The notes under the pieces are model-generated. The model saw only the letters and a list, made by a program, of their open reading frames with translations, was not told the origin of the DNA and ran no database searches. A program made the position numbers and the translations under genes. DNA of 64,000 bases from Vicinamibacterales bacterium (GTDB lineage Bacteria; Acidobacteriota; Vicinamibacteria; Vicinamibacterales; Fen-181), in NCBI GenBank assembly GCA_036504215.1, contig DASXVO010000076.1:35079-99078 (forward strand). The letters are read 5' to 3'. Position 1 is the first letter of the stretch; each line of letters begins with the position of its first letter. Positions 27,070-36,673 of this stretch are shown piece after piece.

Positions 27070-29643
27070 TTGAAGAGCGCAGCGACGCGGCCACTGATGA
27101 CCATCGAACTCGCTTACAACCTCTCGATCCTCGTTGCCATCACGGTGGTCTCGGGCTTCATCGACGACCGCTGGCGACGGACCACCCGCGCGGGGATGCT
27201 GGCCCAGGGGCTCCTTTTTGGGACCGCCGCCGTGGTCGGGATGCTGCGGCCGTTCGTGCTCACGAGTGGCATCTTCTTCGACGGCCGGTCGATGATGCTG
27301 AGCCTGAGCGCGTTGTTCTTCGGTCCGCTCGCGGCCGCCGTCGCCGTGCCCATGACCCTCGCCTGCCGGATGTACCAGGGCGGCAGCGGTACGCTCATGG
27401 GCGTCTCGGTGATTCTGACCTCGACAGCCGTCGGTCTCGCCGTTCGCTGGCGGCGGCGCGGCGACATCGCATCGCTGGGGTTGCTCCACCTGCTCCTGTT
27501 CGGCCTGATCGTCCACGTCGTGATGGTCGCGTTGATGGCCACGCTGCCGAGCGGCATCGTCCTCGTTGCGATCGTCCGGCTCGGGCCGATCGTGCTCGGC
27601 GTCTACCCGTTGGCCACCGTGCTGGCAGGGCGGGTCTTGGCCGATCAGGAGGCTCGCGCGAACCTGGTCGAAGGCCTGCGGCGAAGCGAGGAGCAGTGGC
27701 GCGCCCTCGCGGCCAACATTCCGGGCGTCGTCTACCGATGCGAGGCACAGCCTCCGTACCGCCTCCAGTACATCAGCGAAGGCGTTCAGAACCTGATCGG
27801 CCGACCGGCCTCGGCCTTCACCTCGGGCCGTTCGAACTGGGACGCGATTACGATCCCGGACGATCGGGACATCGTGAATCGCACCTTGGAAACGGCCGCC
27901 TCTGCCGGAACGCCGTTCGAACTCGAGTACCGGGTGCTGCATGCGGACGGGAGCCTCAGGTGGATCCATGAGAAGGGCCAGGCCGGCCGCGGTCCACAGG
28001 GGGAGGTGACCTGGCTGGACGGCGTGGTCATCGACGTGACGGGCCGCAAGCGAGCTGAGGAGGCGTGGCGCCAGAGCGAGACCCGCTGGCAGTTTGCGTT
28101 GGAGGAAGCTGGCGACGGTGTGTGGGACTGGGACCTCGCCACGAACCGGGTCTTCTACTCGCGCAGCTGGAAAGCGACCCTCGGCTTCGAGGAGCACGAG
28201 ATCGGCAACGAATTCGCGGAGTGGGACCGGCGGGTCCACCCGGACGATCGCGGCCGGTGCATCGAGGACTTCCAGCGACACCTCCGGGGTGAGACGGCGA
28301 TCTACCAGAACGAGCACCGGCTCCAATGTCGCGACGGGTCGTACAAGTGGATCCTCGATCGCGGCAAGGTGGTCGAGCGCCAGCCCGACGGCACACCGCT
28401 GCGGATGATCGGGACCCACACCGACGTCACCGACCGCCGGCAGGCGGACACCGACCGGCTGGAGATGGAACGGCGCCTCCTCCACGCGCAGAAACTCGAG
28501 AGCCTCGGCGTCCTGGCCGGCGGCATCGCCCACGACTTCAACAATCTGTTGACTGCGATCCTGGGGAACCTCGAACTGGGCCTCGACGAGCTGGCGCCGG
28601 CCTCACCGGCTCGCGACGCGTTCGCGCAGGCGGTGCAGGCCTCGCGGAGGGCGGCCGACCTGACGCGTCAGATGCTGGCGTACTCCGGTCGGGGCCAGTT
28701 CGTGTTCTCGCCCCTGGACCTGAGCGAACTGGTGCGCGAGAACGCCGGCCTGTTCCGAGCGTCGGTCGGCAGGCACGTGACGCTCGATCTCGATCTGGCC
28801 GACCGGTTGCCCTTCATCGAGGCCGATCCCGGCCAGGTGCAGCAGGTGGTCATGAACCTGATCACCAATGCCTACGAGGCGATCGGCACCAAGGCCGGTA
28901 CGGTGACGCTGACCACCTCCGAGCGGACGTGCGACGCCGAATACCTCGCGGCCAGCCGCGTCAGCGAGAAGCCCCCGCCGGGACGCTTCGTCTGCCTGGA
29001 GGTCCGGGACACCGGCTGCGGGATGGACGAGGAGACCAGGCAGCGGCTCTTCGACCCGTTCTTCACGACCAAGTTCACCGGGCGGGGCCTGGGCCTCTCG
29101 GCGCTGCTCGGAATCATTCGAGGGCACGAGGGAGCGGTCCTCGTGGATAGCGAGGTGGGACGCGGCAGCGTCATACGGGCGCTGTTCCCCGTGGCGTCGC
29201 GGACCCTGCGGGTCGTGGGCGGCCAGGACAGCCGCGATCGGGCCGCGATGCCGCGTTCGACGGGTGGGTCGGCGCGGACGATCCTCGTCGTGGACGACGA
29301 GGCCGCCGTGCGCCAACTGGCGGAGCGGATGGTGATCAGTTTCGGTTTCCAGGCGGCCGTGGCCGAAGACGGTCACGCGGCGCTCAAGGAGTTGGCCGCA
29401 CGTCCCGAGGCGTTTTCGTGCGTGCTGCTGGACCTGACCATGCCCGGCCTGGACGGTGTCGCCACGTTCGGGGAGATCAAGCGCATTCGGCCGAATCTGC
29501 CGGTGATCCTGTGCAGCGGCTTCTCCGAAGCCGACGCCACGCATCGATTCATCGGGGCCGGGCTGGCGGGGTTCCTCCAGAAGCCCTACGGCCTGAGCGA
29601 CCTCCGCGCCAAGCTGGAGGCCCTCCTCGGACCGGGTCGGTGA
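27070..29643 (+). CDS. Hybrid sensor histidine kinase/response regulator (5TM LytS-type sensor, PAS x2, HisKA, HATPase, REC)
   Basis: N-terminal 5-6 TM helices, two PAS-like blocks ('WRALAANIPGVVYRC', 'FALEEAGDGVWDWDL'). H-box 'GGIAHDFNNLLTAI', N/G boxes 'NLITNAYEA', 'DTGCGMD', 'GRGLGL'. Receiver 'ILVVDDEAAV...LLDLTMPGLDG'. Start is uncertain (TTG 27070 vs ATG 27097). Confidence 0.85.
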   Translation: MKSAATRPLMTIELAYNLSILVAITVVSGFIDDRWRRTTRAGMLAQGLLFGTAAVVGMLRPFVLTSGIFFDGRSMMLSLSALFFGPLAAAVAVPMTLACRMYQGGSGTLMGVSVILTSTAVGLAVRWRRRGDIASLGLLHLLLFGLIVHVVMVALMATLPSGIVLVAIVRLGPIVLGVYPLATVLAGRVLADQEARANLVEGLRRSEEQWRALAANIPGVVYRCEAQPPYRLQYISEGVQNLIGRPASAFTSGRSNWDAITIPDDRDIVNRTLETAASAGTPFELEYRVLHADGSLRWIHEKGQAGRGPQGEVTWLDGVVIDVTGRKRAEEAWRQSETRWQFALEEAGDGVWDWDLATNRVFYSRSWKATLGFEEHEIGNEFAEWDRRVHPDDRGRCIEDFQRHLRGETAIYQNEHRLQCRDGSYKWILDRGKVVERQPDGTPLRMIGTHTDVTDRRQADTDRLEMERRLLHAQKLESLGVLAGGIAHDFNNLLTAILGNLELGLDELAPASPARDAFAQAVQASRRAADLTRQMLAYSGRGQFVFSPLDLSELVRENAGLFRASVGRHVTLDLDLADRLPFIEADPGQVQQVVMNLITNAYEAIGTKAGTVTLTTSERTCDAEYLAASRVSEKPPPGRFVCLEVRDTGCGMDEETRQRLFDPFFTTKFTGRGLGLSALLGIIRGHEGAVLVDSEVGRGSVIRALFPVASRTLRVVGGQDSRDRAAMPRSTGGSARTILVVDDEAAVRQLAERMVISFGFQAAVAEDGHAALKELAARPEAFSCVLLDLTMPGLDGVATFGEIKRIRPNLPVILCSGFSEADATHRFIGAGLAGFLQKPYGLSDLRAKLEALLGPGR

Positions 29644-29647
29644 GCCC

Positions 29648-30778
29648 TCAGGTGGGGAGCGACAGGCTGAATACCGTTCCGCCCGGAGCCGAAGTGGTGA
29701 ACGACACCCGGCCGCCGAGCACCTTCTCGCCGAACAGCTTCATGGCGTAGGTGCCAAGGCCACGCCCGGACTCACCCTTCGTACTGAAGTGCCGTTCGAA
29801 GATCCGCGCGGCGACGGGCGCTGGAATCACCTGCCTGTTCCACACGTGGATGCCGATCGACTCGCTCGACTGGTCCGTCCAGACGCGGATCTCGTCGCCC
29901 GGTTCGGAGGCCTCGAGCGCATTCACCACCATGTTCGAGAGGATGCGGAGACTGAGCGACGAGTCGGTCGCGAACGTCGAGTCGGTGGCGGGCGGCGCAA
30001 TTGTCACAACGCGGCCCCGGGCGGCCGGATGCGATGCGACGGCCATCTCGAGGTCTCGCATCACCGACGACAGCTTCAGCCGTTCGGGACGGATGGTCAC
30101 CGTCCCGCTGCCCTCGCGCGCCAGCAGCTTCTGAATCTCGACTTCACGCGACAGCCGCTCGACGAGTTGACGGAACTTGCCGGTGCCTTCGAGCACCGTG
30201 CTCGCGTCGGCGTTTGCCAGCAGTTCCACCCGCGCCGCCAACGCCATCAGCAGGTTGCTCACGTCGTGAAAGAAGACCCGCTCGATCTCCTCCCAACGCT
30301 GCGCCGCGGTGATGTCCTGGAGCAACAACAGGACGAAGCGATATCCGTGCGACTGGAGCAGCGACGATCGCACCCGGAGGCACCAGTCGGTCGTGCCTTC
30401 CGGGCCGTGAATGGTCATGAAGCACTTGCGATCGACGACCTTCCCGGTCTCCAGCGTGGCAGCCATGGCGATTGCCGCGCCGCACGTCGCGCAGGCAGCC
30501 GTCGTCCCGCATCCGCCGGCCGCCTCGGGCGGGTGCACGCAGCGCAGAGCTTCGCCGGGCCGCAGACCGAGAACGCCCTCCGCGCCGTCGACGCCGAGCG
30601 ACCGCAGGAACGTGTCGTTGACCGCCACGACCTCGCGGTTCTCGTTGACGACGATCAGGAGACCGCTGGCGGCCGACATCAAGGTCGTGATCACAGGGTC
30701 ACGACCAATCAACGCCACCTGTGCCTGGATCACATCGAGCGAAGATCGTTCGGCGGAAGCGTTGGGTGCGCTGTCCAT
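29648..30778 (-). CDS. Sensor histidine kinase with Cys-rich PAS-like input domain
   Basis: H-box 'VFFHDVSNLLMAL'. ATPase boxes 'NMVVNALEAS', 'IHVWNRQVIP', 'GRGLGTYAMKL'. Sensor block 'CVHPPEAAGGCGTTAACATCG'. Start chosen at ATG 30778 (GGAGA Shine-Dalgarno sequence); the alternative is GTG 30889. Confidence 0.75.
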   Translation of the reverse strand: MDSAPNASAERSSLDVIQAQVALIGRDPVITTLMSAASGLLIVVNENREVVAVNDTFLRSLGVDGAEGVLGLRPGEALRCVHPPEAAGGCGTTAACATCGAAIAMAATLETGKVVDRKCFMTIHGPEGTTDWCLRVRSSLLQSHGYRFVLLLLQDITAAQRWEEIERVFFHDVSNLLMALAARVELLANADASTVLEGTGKFRQLVERLSREVEIQKLLAREGSGTVTIRPERLKLSSVMRDLEMAVASHPAARGRVVTIAPPATDSTFATDSSLSLRILSNMVVNALEASEPGDEIRVWTDQSSESIGIHVWNRQVIPAPVAARIFERHFSTKGESGRGLGTYAMKLFGEKVLGGRVSFTTSAPGGTVFSLSLPT

Positions 30779-30983
30779 CGGCGTCTCCAGACCGTGTGCG
30801 ATGCTCGAGACAGGATGTCGTGGGGGCTGGCGAGAGAGAGCGTAGCGCGGCGAGAGGTGGCCGTCAACGCCGGCACGGCCGCCTGTCACGGCCCGCGCCT
30901 TGGGGCGCCACGCTGCAGCGCGGCGGTCCGGAGGGTCGCGATACGGCCGACCTTGGCGAGGTCCATCCGCTGGCGCTCGCGCG

Positions 30984-33827
30984 TCACGACGGCCCGTGGC
31001 CGAGCGCGTTCCAGTTGAGCAGCGCGTTCCAGAGGAACCGGTAGTCCGAGCGGTTCAGGTCGCGGTGGATCGGGTTGAAGTTGAACGCGATGACGCGGCC
31101 GCGGCCGGCGGGCAGGTCGAGGATCGCCGGCCGTCCCTCGAGTTCGTCCTCGCCCTTGGCCGCTCCACTGACGAGCATCTTGACCTCGTCCTTCTTCGGT
31201 TGGTCCTTGGCGGATTTCGCCTTCGCGGGTTCCTGCCCCTCTTCGTCCCTGTCTTCCGTTCGCAGCTTCGTGCCCCACTGCAAGACGACGCCGCCGCGGC
31301 CCGACATGGCGATGTCGTAGACCGGCAGCCCCGTCCGAAACGCCGATGTGACTTCGCGAAGACCGTAGGCCAACGGGTGCTCCGTCCTGACGAACTTCAC
31401 CGTCAGCTCCGAACCCGGCGTGAAGAAGGTGCCCGGTTTCCTGTAGACATTCCGAACGAGCCCGCCCTCGAACGGAAGCGTCGATCCGTTGCCCAGCGTG
31501 ATCAGCAGTCCGCCAGCGTCGAGGTACTTCTCGATGTTGGCCATGCCGGACCAGCCGATGCCGCCGGTGATGTCGTCCGATGCGTCGGGCACGCCGAGGC
31601 TGGGGAACTCCTTGGTCCTGGTGTACGCCATCGGACCGAACTTCTTCTCGATACCCTGGATCTGGCCCTGGAGATCGAGATAGTTGTGAGCGAAGAGGAT
31701 GACGTCGTACCGTTCGCGCAGGCCTCCGGCCCGGACGTCGTCGTCGCGAAGATAGGTGTAGGCGATCTTCTCGCGATCGAGGACATAGCGGACCCAGCCG
31801 ACGGCCTCGGTGTCGGCCCACGTGTGCCACACGGCCAGGCGCGGCACCTTCGATTCATGGCGCGGCACGTCGGGCAGCGTGGCCACGCTCTCGAAATCGA
31901 CGGACAGCTCGGTCGACACCCGCTTCAGCGCGTCCGCGAGCCCGCTCTGATCGGACAGCACCCACGACCCGGCCGGATAGGTTGTGTCACCGGACTTGAA
32001 TGGCTTCTCGGCAATCTCGACGCGGAACGAGGACAGGCGATGGCGGAGCGCGAGCAACGCCTCCTGTCCCGTGTCCTTGAGCAGATAAATGGGGCCCGCT
32101 CCCTTCACCGTGCCGGGAACCTGGGCGCCCGGCTGCACGGGCGTCAGGGCCACGTCCATGACCTTGGCGTCGTCGATGCGCTTGGCCTCGAGGCCGTAGT
32201 GCACTGGCAGAGACCATGACACGTCGTCGTACGGCTCGTACGCGGCGTCAGTCGGGAAGGTCTGCGGCACCATCAAATCCACGGCGTAGTTCCGATAGGG
32301 CTGGTCGAGCCGGACGATGTAGGTGCCGGCAGCGAACTCCCCCTCCTCGACCTTGAAGGGCGCGGAGGCCCGCGACACCTCGATGCGGTGGGTGAGCAGC
32401 AATTCGACCAACTCCGCGACGCGGCGCCGGTCGCCCTGATCAGCCGGGATGGCGAACGCGTAGGGGCCGCCCTTGACCCCCTTCTGCCAGGAGTTGTAGC
32501 CCTTGCGGTAGAAATCGCGAAGCATCTCCTTCGAGTGCTTGGCCGTGTAGTCGAGGATCGCCAGGCAGCCGCTCTCCATGTAGTTCGTGTTGTCGCGGAG
32601 CGACCAGCGGAGCTTGCGCGGCGGCGGCATCGGCCGGTACCACTCTCTGCTCGTCACGGGCTTGCCAACGTAGCGCTCTTCGTTCGGCCGGAGCACACGC
32701 TCGACCGTCTCCGCCGTGCCGTTTCCGTACGTTTCGTAGCCGCGGCCCATGCTGTTGTGATTGACGGCGATCGAGTCGAGATAGTGATGTCCCCAGCCCT
32801 CGCCGAAGCCCCAGGTCCAGACGCCCGGCATGCCTGCGGAGGTCAGCGCGCTGATCTCCGCGAACGCCATCGCGAAGAACTCGTTGACGATGATCGGGTC
32901 GAGGTTGACATTCCACGGGCCCGTGCCGTTCCAGGTATGCAGGAGTGGGATGGACTCGTGAAGATCGTGAATGACGGTCGGATGGTAGTCGAAGAACATC
33001 CTGCTCACGGCCTTCGACAACTGGAGCGCCTCCTGGTGCGTGTCGCGGTTGTTGTCGTGGAACACGTACTTCCCCCAGTACGGCGGGGACACGGGCGGGA
33101 GGTTGTCGAAGTCCGTCTTGCCCTTGAGATAGCGGTAGAACCAGTCAACCTGTTTGTCACGGCCGTCGGGCTCGGACGCAGGGTTGATGAGGACCACGAG
33201 CTCGCTTCGGATCTTCCGGATCATCGGCTGGTCGGACACCGCCAGACGGTAGGCCAGCTCCATGACCATCTCCGGGCTGCCCAGTTCGGTCGAATGGAGG
33301 CCGGCGTTGAAGTAGTAGATGGGTCGTGCCGACGCGATCACCGTCTCGGCGGCGTCCGGGGATGTCTTGCGCGGATCGGCCAGGGCGGCGGTTGCCTCCT
33401 TGAGCTTCGCGAGATTGCGGATGCCGTCTTCGTCCGCGATGGCCACGAGGAGAATGTCCCTGCCCTCTTCGCTGCGGCCGATGACCTCGACGCGGACGCG
33501 CGGTGATGTCTCGGCGAGCTTGCGGAAGTAGCCGTAGATCTTGGCCGTGGACGACAGTTCGCCCGCGGCCCCGACGACGTGGCCGAGGTAGGTGGTTGGT
33601 GACGGGACGGTGCTCGAGGCCGGCACGTAGGCCACCCACGGATTCCCGAAGCGGGCTTCGGTGGTGAACTTCGCGATCGCCTCGACCGAGCCCGGCTCGG
33701 CGGTATCTGGAGCGTAGGTGTTCCTGGCCGGGTTCTGCTGTGCCCGAAGCCGGACGGCGCCGGCGAAGACGAGCGCCGCGCAGAGCAGCGGCAGAAGTGA
33801 CAAGGCGGGACGAAGCGGTTTCTTCAT
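30984..33827 (-). CDS. M14 family zinc carboxypeptidase-like secreted protein
   Basis: Start at ATG 33827 with signal peptide 'MKKPLRPALSLLPLLCAALVFAGAVRLRAQ'. 'GLHSTELGSPE' fits the M14 HxxE zinc motif. The upstream 538 codons of the listed 1485-aa ORF are antisense to the next gene and are rejected. Confidence 0.8.
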   Translation of the reverse strand: MKKPLRPALSLLPLLCAALVFAGAVRLRAQQNPARNTYAPDTAEPGSVEAIAKFTTEARFGNPWVAYVPASSTVPSPTTYLGHVVGAAGELSSTAKIYGYFRKLAETSPRVRVEVIGRSEEGRDILLVAIADEDGIRNLAKLKEATAALADPRKTSPDAAETVIASARPIYYFNAGLHSTELGSPEMVMELAYRLAVSDQPMIRKIRSELVVLINPASEPDGRDKQVDWFYRYLKGKTDFDNLPPVSPPYWGKYVFHDNNRDTHQEALQLSKAVSRMFFDYHPTVIHDLHESIPLLHTWNGTGPWNVNLDPIIVNEFFAMAFAEISALTSAGMPGVWTWGFGEGWGHHYLDSIAVNHNSMGRGYETYGNGTAETVERVLRPNEERYVGKPVTSREWYRPMPPPRKLRWSLRDNTNYMESGCLAILDYTAKHSKEMLRDFYRKGYNSWQKGVKGGPYAFAIPADQGDRRRVAELVELLLTHRIEVSRASAPFKVEEGEFAAGTYIVRLDQPYRNYAVDLMVPQTFPTDAAYEPYDDVSWSLPVHYGLEAKRIDDAKVMDVALTPVQPGAQVPGTVKGAGPIYLLKDTGQEALLALRHRLSSFRVEIAEKPFKSGDTTYPAGSWVLSDQSGLADALKRVSTELSVDFESVATLPDVPRHESKVPRLAVWHTWADTEAVGWVRYVLDREKIAYTYLRDDDVRAGGLRERYDVILFAHNYLDLQGQIQGIEKKFGPMAYTRTKEFPSLGVPDASDDITGGIGWSGMANIEKYLDAGGLLITLGNGSTLPFEGGLVRNVYRKPGTFFTPGSELTVKFVRTEHPLAYGLREVTSAFRTGLPVYDIAMSGRGGVVLQWGTKLRTEDRDEEGQEPAKAKSAKDQPKKDEVKMLVSGAAKGEDELEGRPAILDLPAGRGRVIAFNFNPIHRDLNRSDYRFLWNALLNWNALGHGPS

Positions 33828-34016
33828 GGCTTCACGCAAGTGAGTTGCGGTGAACGGGACGGCCCACTCGATCGAGGGTCGGCCTCGGGACACCGAGGGC
33901 CGGTGTCTCCGGGGCGACACGATAGCACAAGGCGGCTGCAGGCTCGTACAGTCTGTCGTGGCCGTTGTCCCCCTCGGGCATAATGCACGCGTACGGTTGC
34001 TCGAGGAGGACACGTC

Positions 34017-36641
34017 ATGACGAAGCATGCAGGGTTCGTACTGCTCGTGCTCGGGGCGCTGGCGGCAATCGGGCTGCGGGGGCAAGAGCAGGTGCCGGTG
34101 CCGCCGATCGCCACGACGCTCGGCGCACTGCCTGGCGTGAACGACCTTCCGGCGAGCGGCGAGATGCCCGACGTCATGGTGATGAACAACGGGCAGAGGG
34201 TCGGCACCGCAGCGCAGTGGGCGACGCGTCGCGAGGAGATGAAACGTCTCCTCTCGTACTACGCGGTCGGCCTGATGCCGCCCGCCCCAGGAAACGTCGC
34301 AGCCAAGGTGCTGAAGACACAGGCGCTCGCCAGCGGCGCGGTCACCTATCAACTCGTGCACCTGTCGTTTGGTCCCGGGATGACGCTCGGGTTCGACGTG
34401 GCCGTATTCGTGCCAACCGGCCCGAAGGGCCCATTCCCGACGGTGATCTTCCCGTCGTTCGGCCTCACACCCGGTGGCACGCCGCTGCCGACGATGCTCC
34501 GTCTGCCCGAGCAGGGCAAAGGCCTCGACGCGCTGACGCTTCCGCTCGGTGATCCCTCCACGAGACTTGCCGCCGCCGCCGCAGCAGGGGCGCCGACCCA
34601 GGCTTCCCCGGTGATGCTCGGACAGGCAGGAGATCCGGAACAGGCAGCCAGGACCTACGCCGACCTGTTCCGGCGCGGCTACGCGCTGGTGACCTACCAC
34701 TACCAGGACGCCGGCGAGGATACGATTCGGCGGAACGACGATGGCAGCTGGGCGTTCCGGAATACGCGCTTCTTTCCTGCATATCCGGCCCACGACTGGG
34801 GTCTGCTCGGGGCCTGGGCCTGGGGAATCTCGCGCGTGGCGGACTACCTCGAGGCGCAGCCGTTCGCCGACCGGGCGATGCTCGTCGCCGTCGGCCACTC
34901 GCGCGTCGGCAAGGCGGTCCTCGTCGCCGGAGCGTTCGACGAGCGCCTGGCGGTGGTGGCGCCCGCCGGCAGCGGAGCGGGCGGCACGGGCGCGTACCGC
35001 TTCAATGGTGCCGCCTATGGCGCGCGCGAAGGCCTCGACGACATGATGCGGAAGTACCCGAACTGGTTCTCGCCGAACCTCCATCAGTTTGCCGGTCACG
35101 TCTACCGCCTTCCGTTCGACCAGCACTGGCTGATGGCGCTCTCCGCGCCTCGCGGCTTCATCTCGCTCGAGGGGGCCGAGGATCAGAACTGCCTGCCGAG
35201 CGCCGTCGAACAGGCACGTGACGCCGCCATGCCCCCGTACGCCCTCCTGAAATCGTCGGGCCGGTTGGGCGTGCACTACGCATCCCATCGCCACGCGCTC
35301 ACCCCGGAGGACTGGACGGCCCTTCTGGACTTCGCCGATCAGCAGCTTCGCGGCCTGAAGGTGAACCGCCGGTTCGACCAGTTTCCGCCAGCGCCCGCGC
35401 CGGGGTCGGACGTGGCCGGTTCCTCTGCGCCACCCGGACACCGCCTCACGCTGGACGTGCGCGAGGCGGGTGCGAAGGGTGACGGTGCGACCAAGGACAC
35501 CAAGGCGATTCAGTACGCGCTCGACCGGGTGGCCGCCGCCGGCGGCGGCGAGGTGGTGGTGCCGGCCGGCGCGTACATCACCGGCAGCGTCGTGTTGCAG
35601 TCGAACACCACGCTGCGGCTCGAGAAGGGCGCCACGCTACGCGGCAGTCCGGACCTCGAGGACTACCCGCCGGCAACGGTGCGGTGGGAAGGTCGGTGGG
35701 TCGATGGCCGGCGCGCGCTCATCTCCGCGCAGAACGCCGCGCACATCGCCATCGTCGGGCCGGGCAACATCAAGGGTCACCCCGTGGTTGGCACGCGGCG
35801 CATGCCGAACCGCGCGGTGCTCATCGAAACGGTCAACTGCCGCGATGTGCGCCTCGAGGGTTTCTCCACCGAGCACACGGACATGTGGTCGATCCATCCG
35901 GTCTACTGCGACGATGTCGTCGCGCGCGGCCTGACGATTCGCAGTGCCGGCGGTGACGGCATCGACGTGGACTCTTGCAGGCACGTCGTCATCGAATCGT
36001 GCGACATCGACACCGGTGACGACGCGATTGCCATCAAGTCGGGGCGGGGGATGGAGGGCTTCCGGCTGGCCAGGCCGACCGAGGACGTGTTGATCTCGAA
36101 CTGCCGGCTCGGCGACAGCCGGTTCGCGGCGATCGGCATTGGAAGCGAGACGTCGGGCGGGATTCGCAACGTGCGCATCGAGCACGTGAGGTTCACGCAC
36201 GCGAAGACGTACGCCATCTACATCAAGAGCCGGCCCGGTCGCGGGGCGTTCATCGAGGACATCGTCGGACGCGATCTCGACGTGTCGAATGCCGAGGGCT
36301 TCCTGCGGTTCAACCTGACGAACAGCGGTCTGCAGGATCCCGAGCCGGTTCCGGGTGATGAGGGCATTCCACGAACGAGGAACTTCCGATTCGAGGATGT
36401 GCGAATCACGGGCGGGACGATCGTGGATGGGGCACCGGTGCCGGCGGAGAGGCCGCTCGATGGCCTGGCGCTGATCCGGATCAGCGGGACGGCGGGCAGG
36501 GGCATCACACTGGCCAATGTCACGAATGCGGATCTGCAGGACATCACCGTTACGGGCGTGAGCGGTCCCCTGCTCTCGACCAGCAACGTCGCCGGCAAGG
36601 GCCTCGACGGCGCGGTGCCGATCGAGCATCCTCGAAAATGA
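34017..36641 (+). CDS. Bifunctional carbohydrate esterase family 15 (glucuronoyl esterase)-like / glycoside hydrolase family 28 protein
   Basis: Signal peptide. N-terminal half has 'WATRREEMKRLLSYYAVG' and 'GHSRVGKAVLVAG' (CE15 GCSRxGK-type nucleophile motif). C-terminal half has 'GAKGDGATKDTKAIQYALD...VVVPAGAYITGSVVL' and 'GDGIDVDSCRHVVIESCDIDTGDDAIAIKSG' (GH28 / pectate-lyase-fold signature). Confidence 0.75.
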   Translation: MTKHAGFVLLVLGALAAIGLRGQEQVPVPPIATTLGALPGVNDLPASGEMPDVMVMNNGQRVGTAAQWATRREEMKRLLSYYAVGLMPPAPGNVAAKVLKTQALASGAVTYQLVHLSFGPGMTLGFDVAVFVPTGPKGPFPTVIFPSFGLTPGGTPLPTMLRLPEQGKGLDALTLPLGDPSTRLAAAAAAGAPTQASPVMLGQAGDPEQAARTYADLFRRGYALVTYHYQDAGEDTIRRNDDGSWAFRNTRFFPAYPAHDWGLLGAWAWGISRVADYLEAQPFADRAMLVAVGHSRVGKAVLVAGAFDERLAVVAPAGSGAGGTGAYRFNGAAYGAREGLDDMMRKYPNWFSPNLHQFAGHVYRLPFDQHWLMALSAPRGFISLEGAEDQNCLPSAVEQARDAAMPPYALLKSSGRLGVHYASHRHALTPEDWTALLDFADQQLRGLKVNRRFDQFPPAPAPGSDVAGSSAPPGHRLTLDVREAGAKGDGATKDTKAIQYALDRVAAAGGGEVVVPAGAYITGSVVLQSNTTLRLEKGATLRGSPDLEDYPPATVRWEGRWVDGRRALISAQNAAHIAIVGPGNIKGHPVVGTRRMPNRAVLIETVNCRDVRLEGFSTEHTDMWSIHPVYCDDVVARGLTIRSAGGDGIDVDSCRHVVIESCDIDTGDDAIAIKSGRGMEGFRLARPTEDVLISNCRLGDSRFAAIGIGSETSGGIRNVRIEHVRFTHAKTYAIYIKSRPGRGAFIEDIVGRDLDVSNAEGFLRFNLTNSGLQDPEPVPGDEGIPRTRNFRFEDVRITGGTIVDGAPVPAERPLDGLALIRISGTAGRGITLANVTNADLQDITVTGVSGPLLSTSNVAGKGLDGAVPIEHPRK

Positions 36642-36673
36642 GGCCCGTCGGTTCCGTGAGGGTGTCGATCCGG

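Noticed and set aside
33828-35441. N-terminal 538 codons of the listed 1485-aa minus-strand ORF
   Set aside because: The M14 peptidase has a clear signal peptide and start at 33827. The extension is antisense to the CE15-GH28 gene and has no protein-like features.
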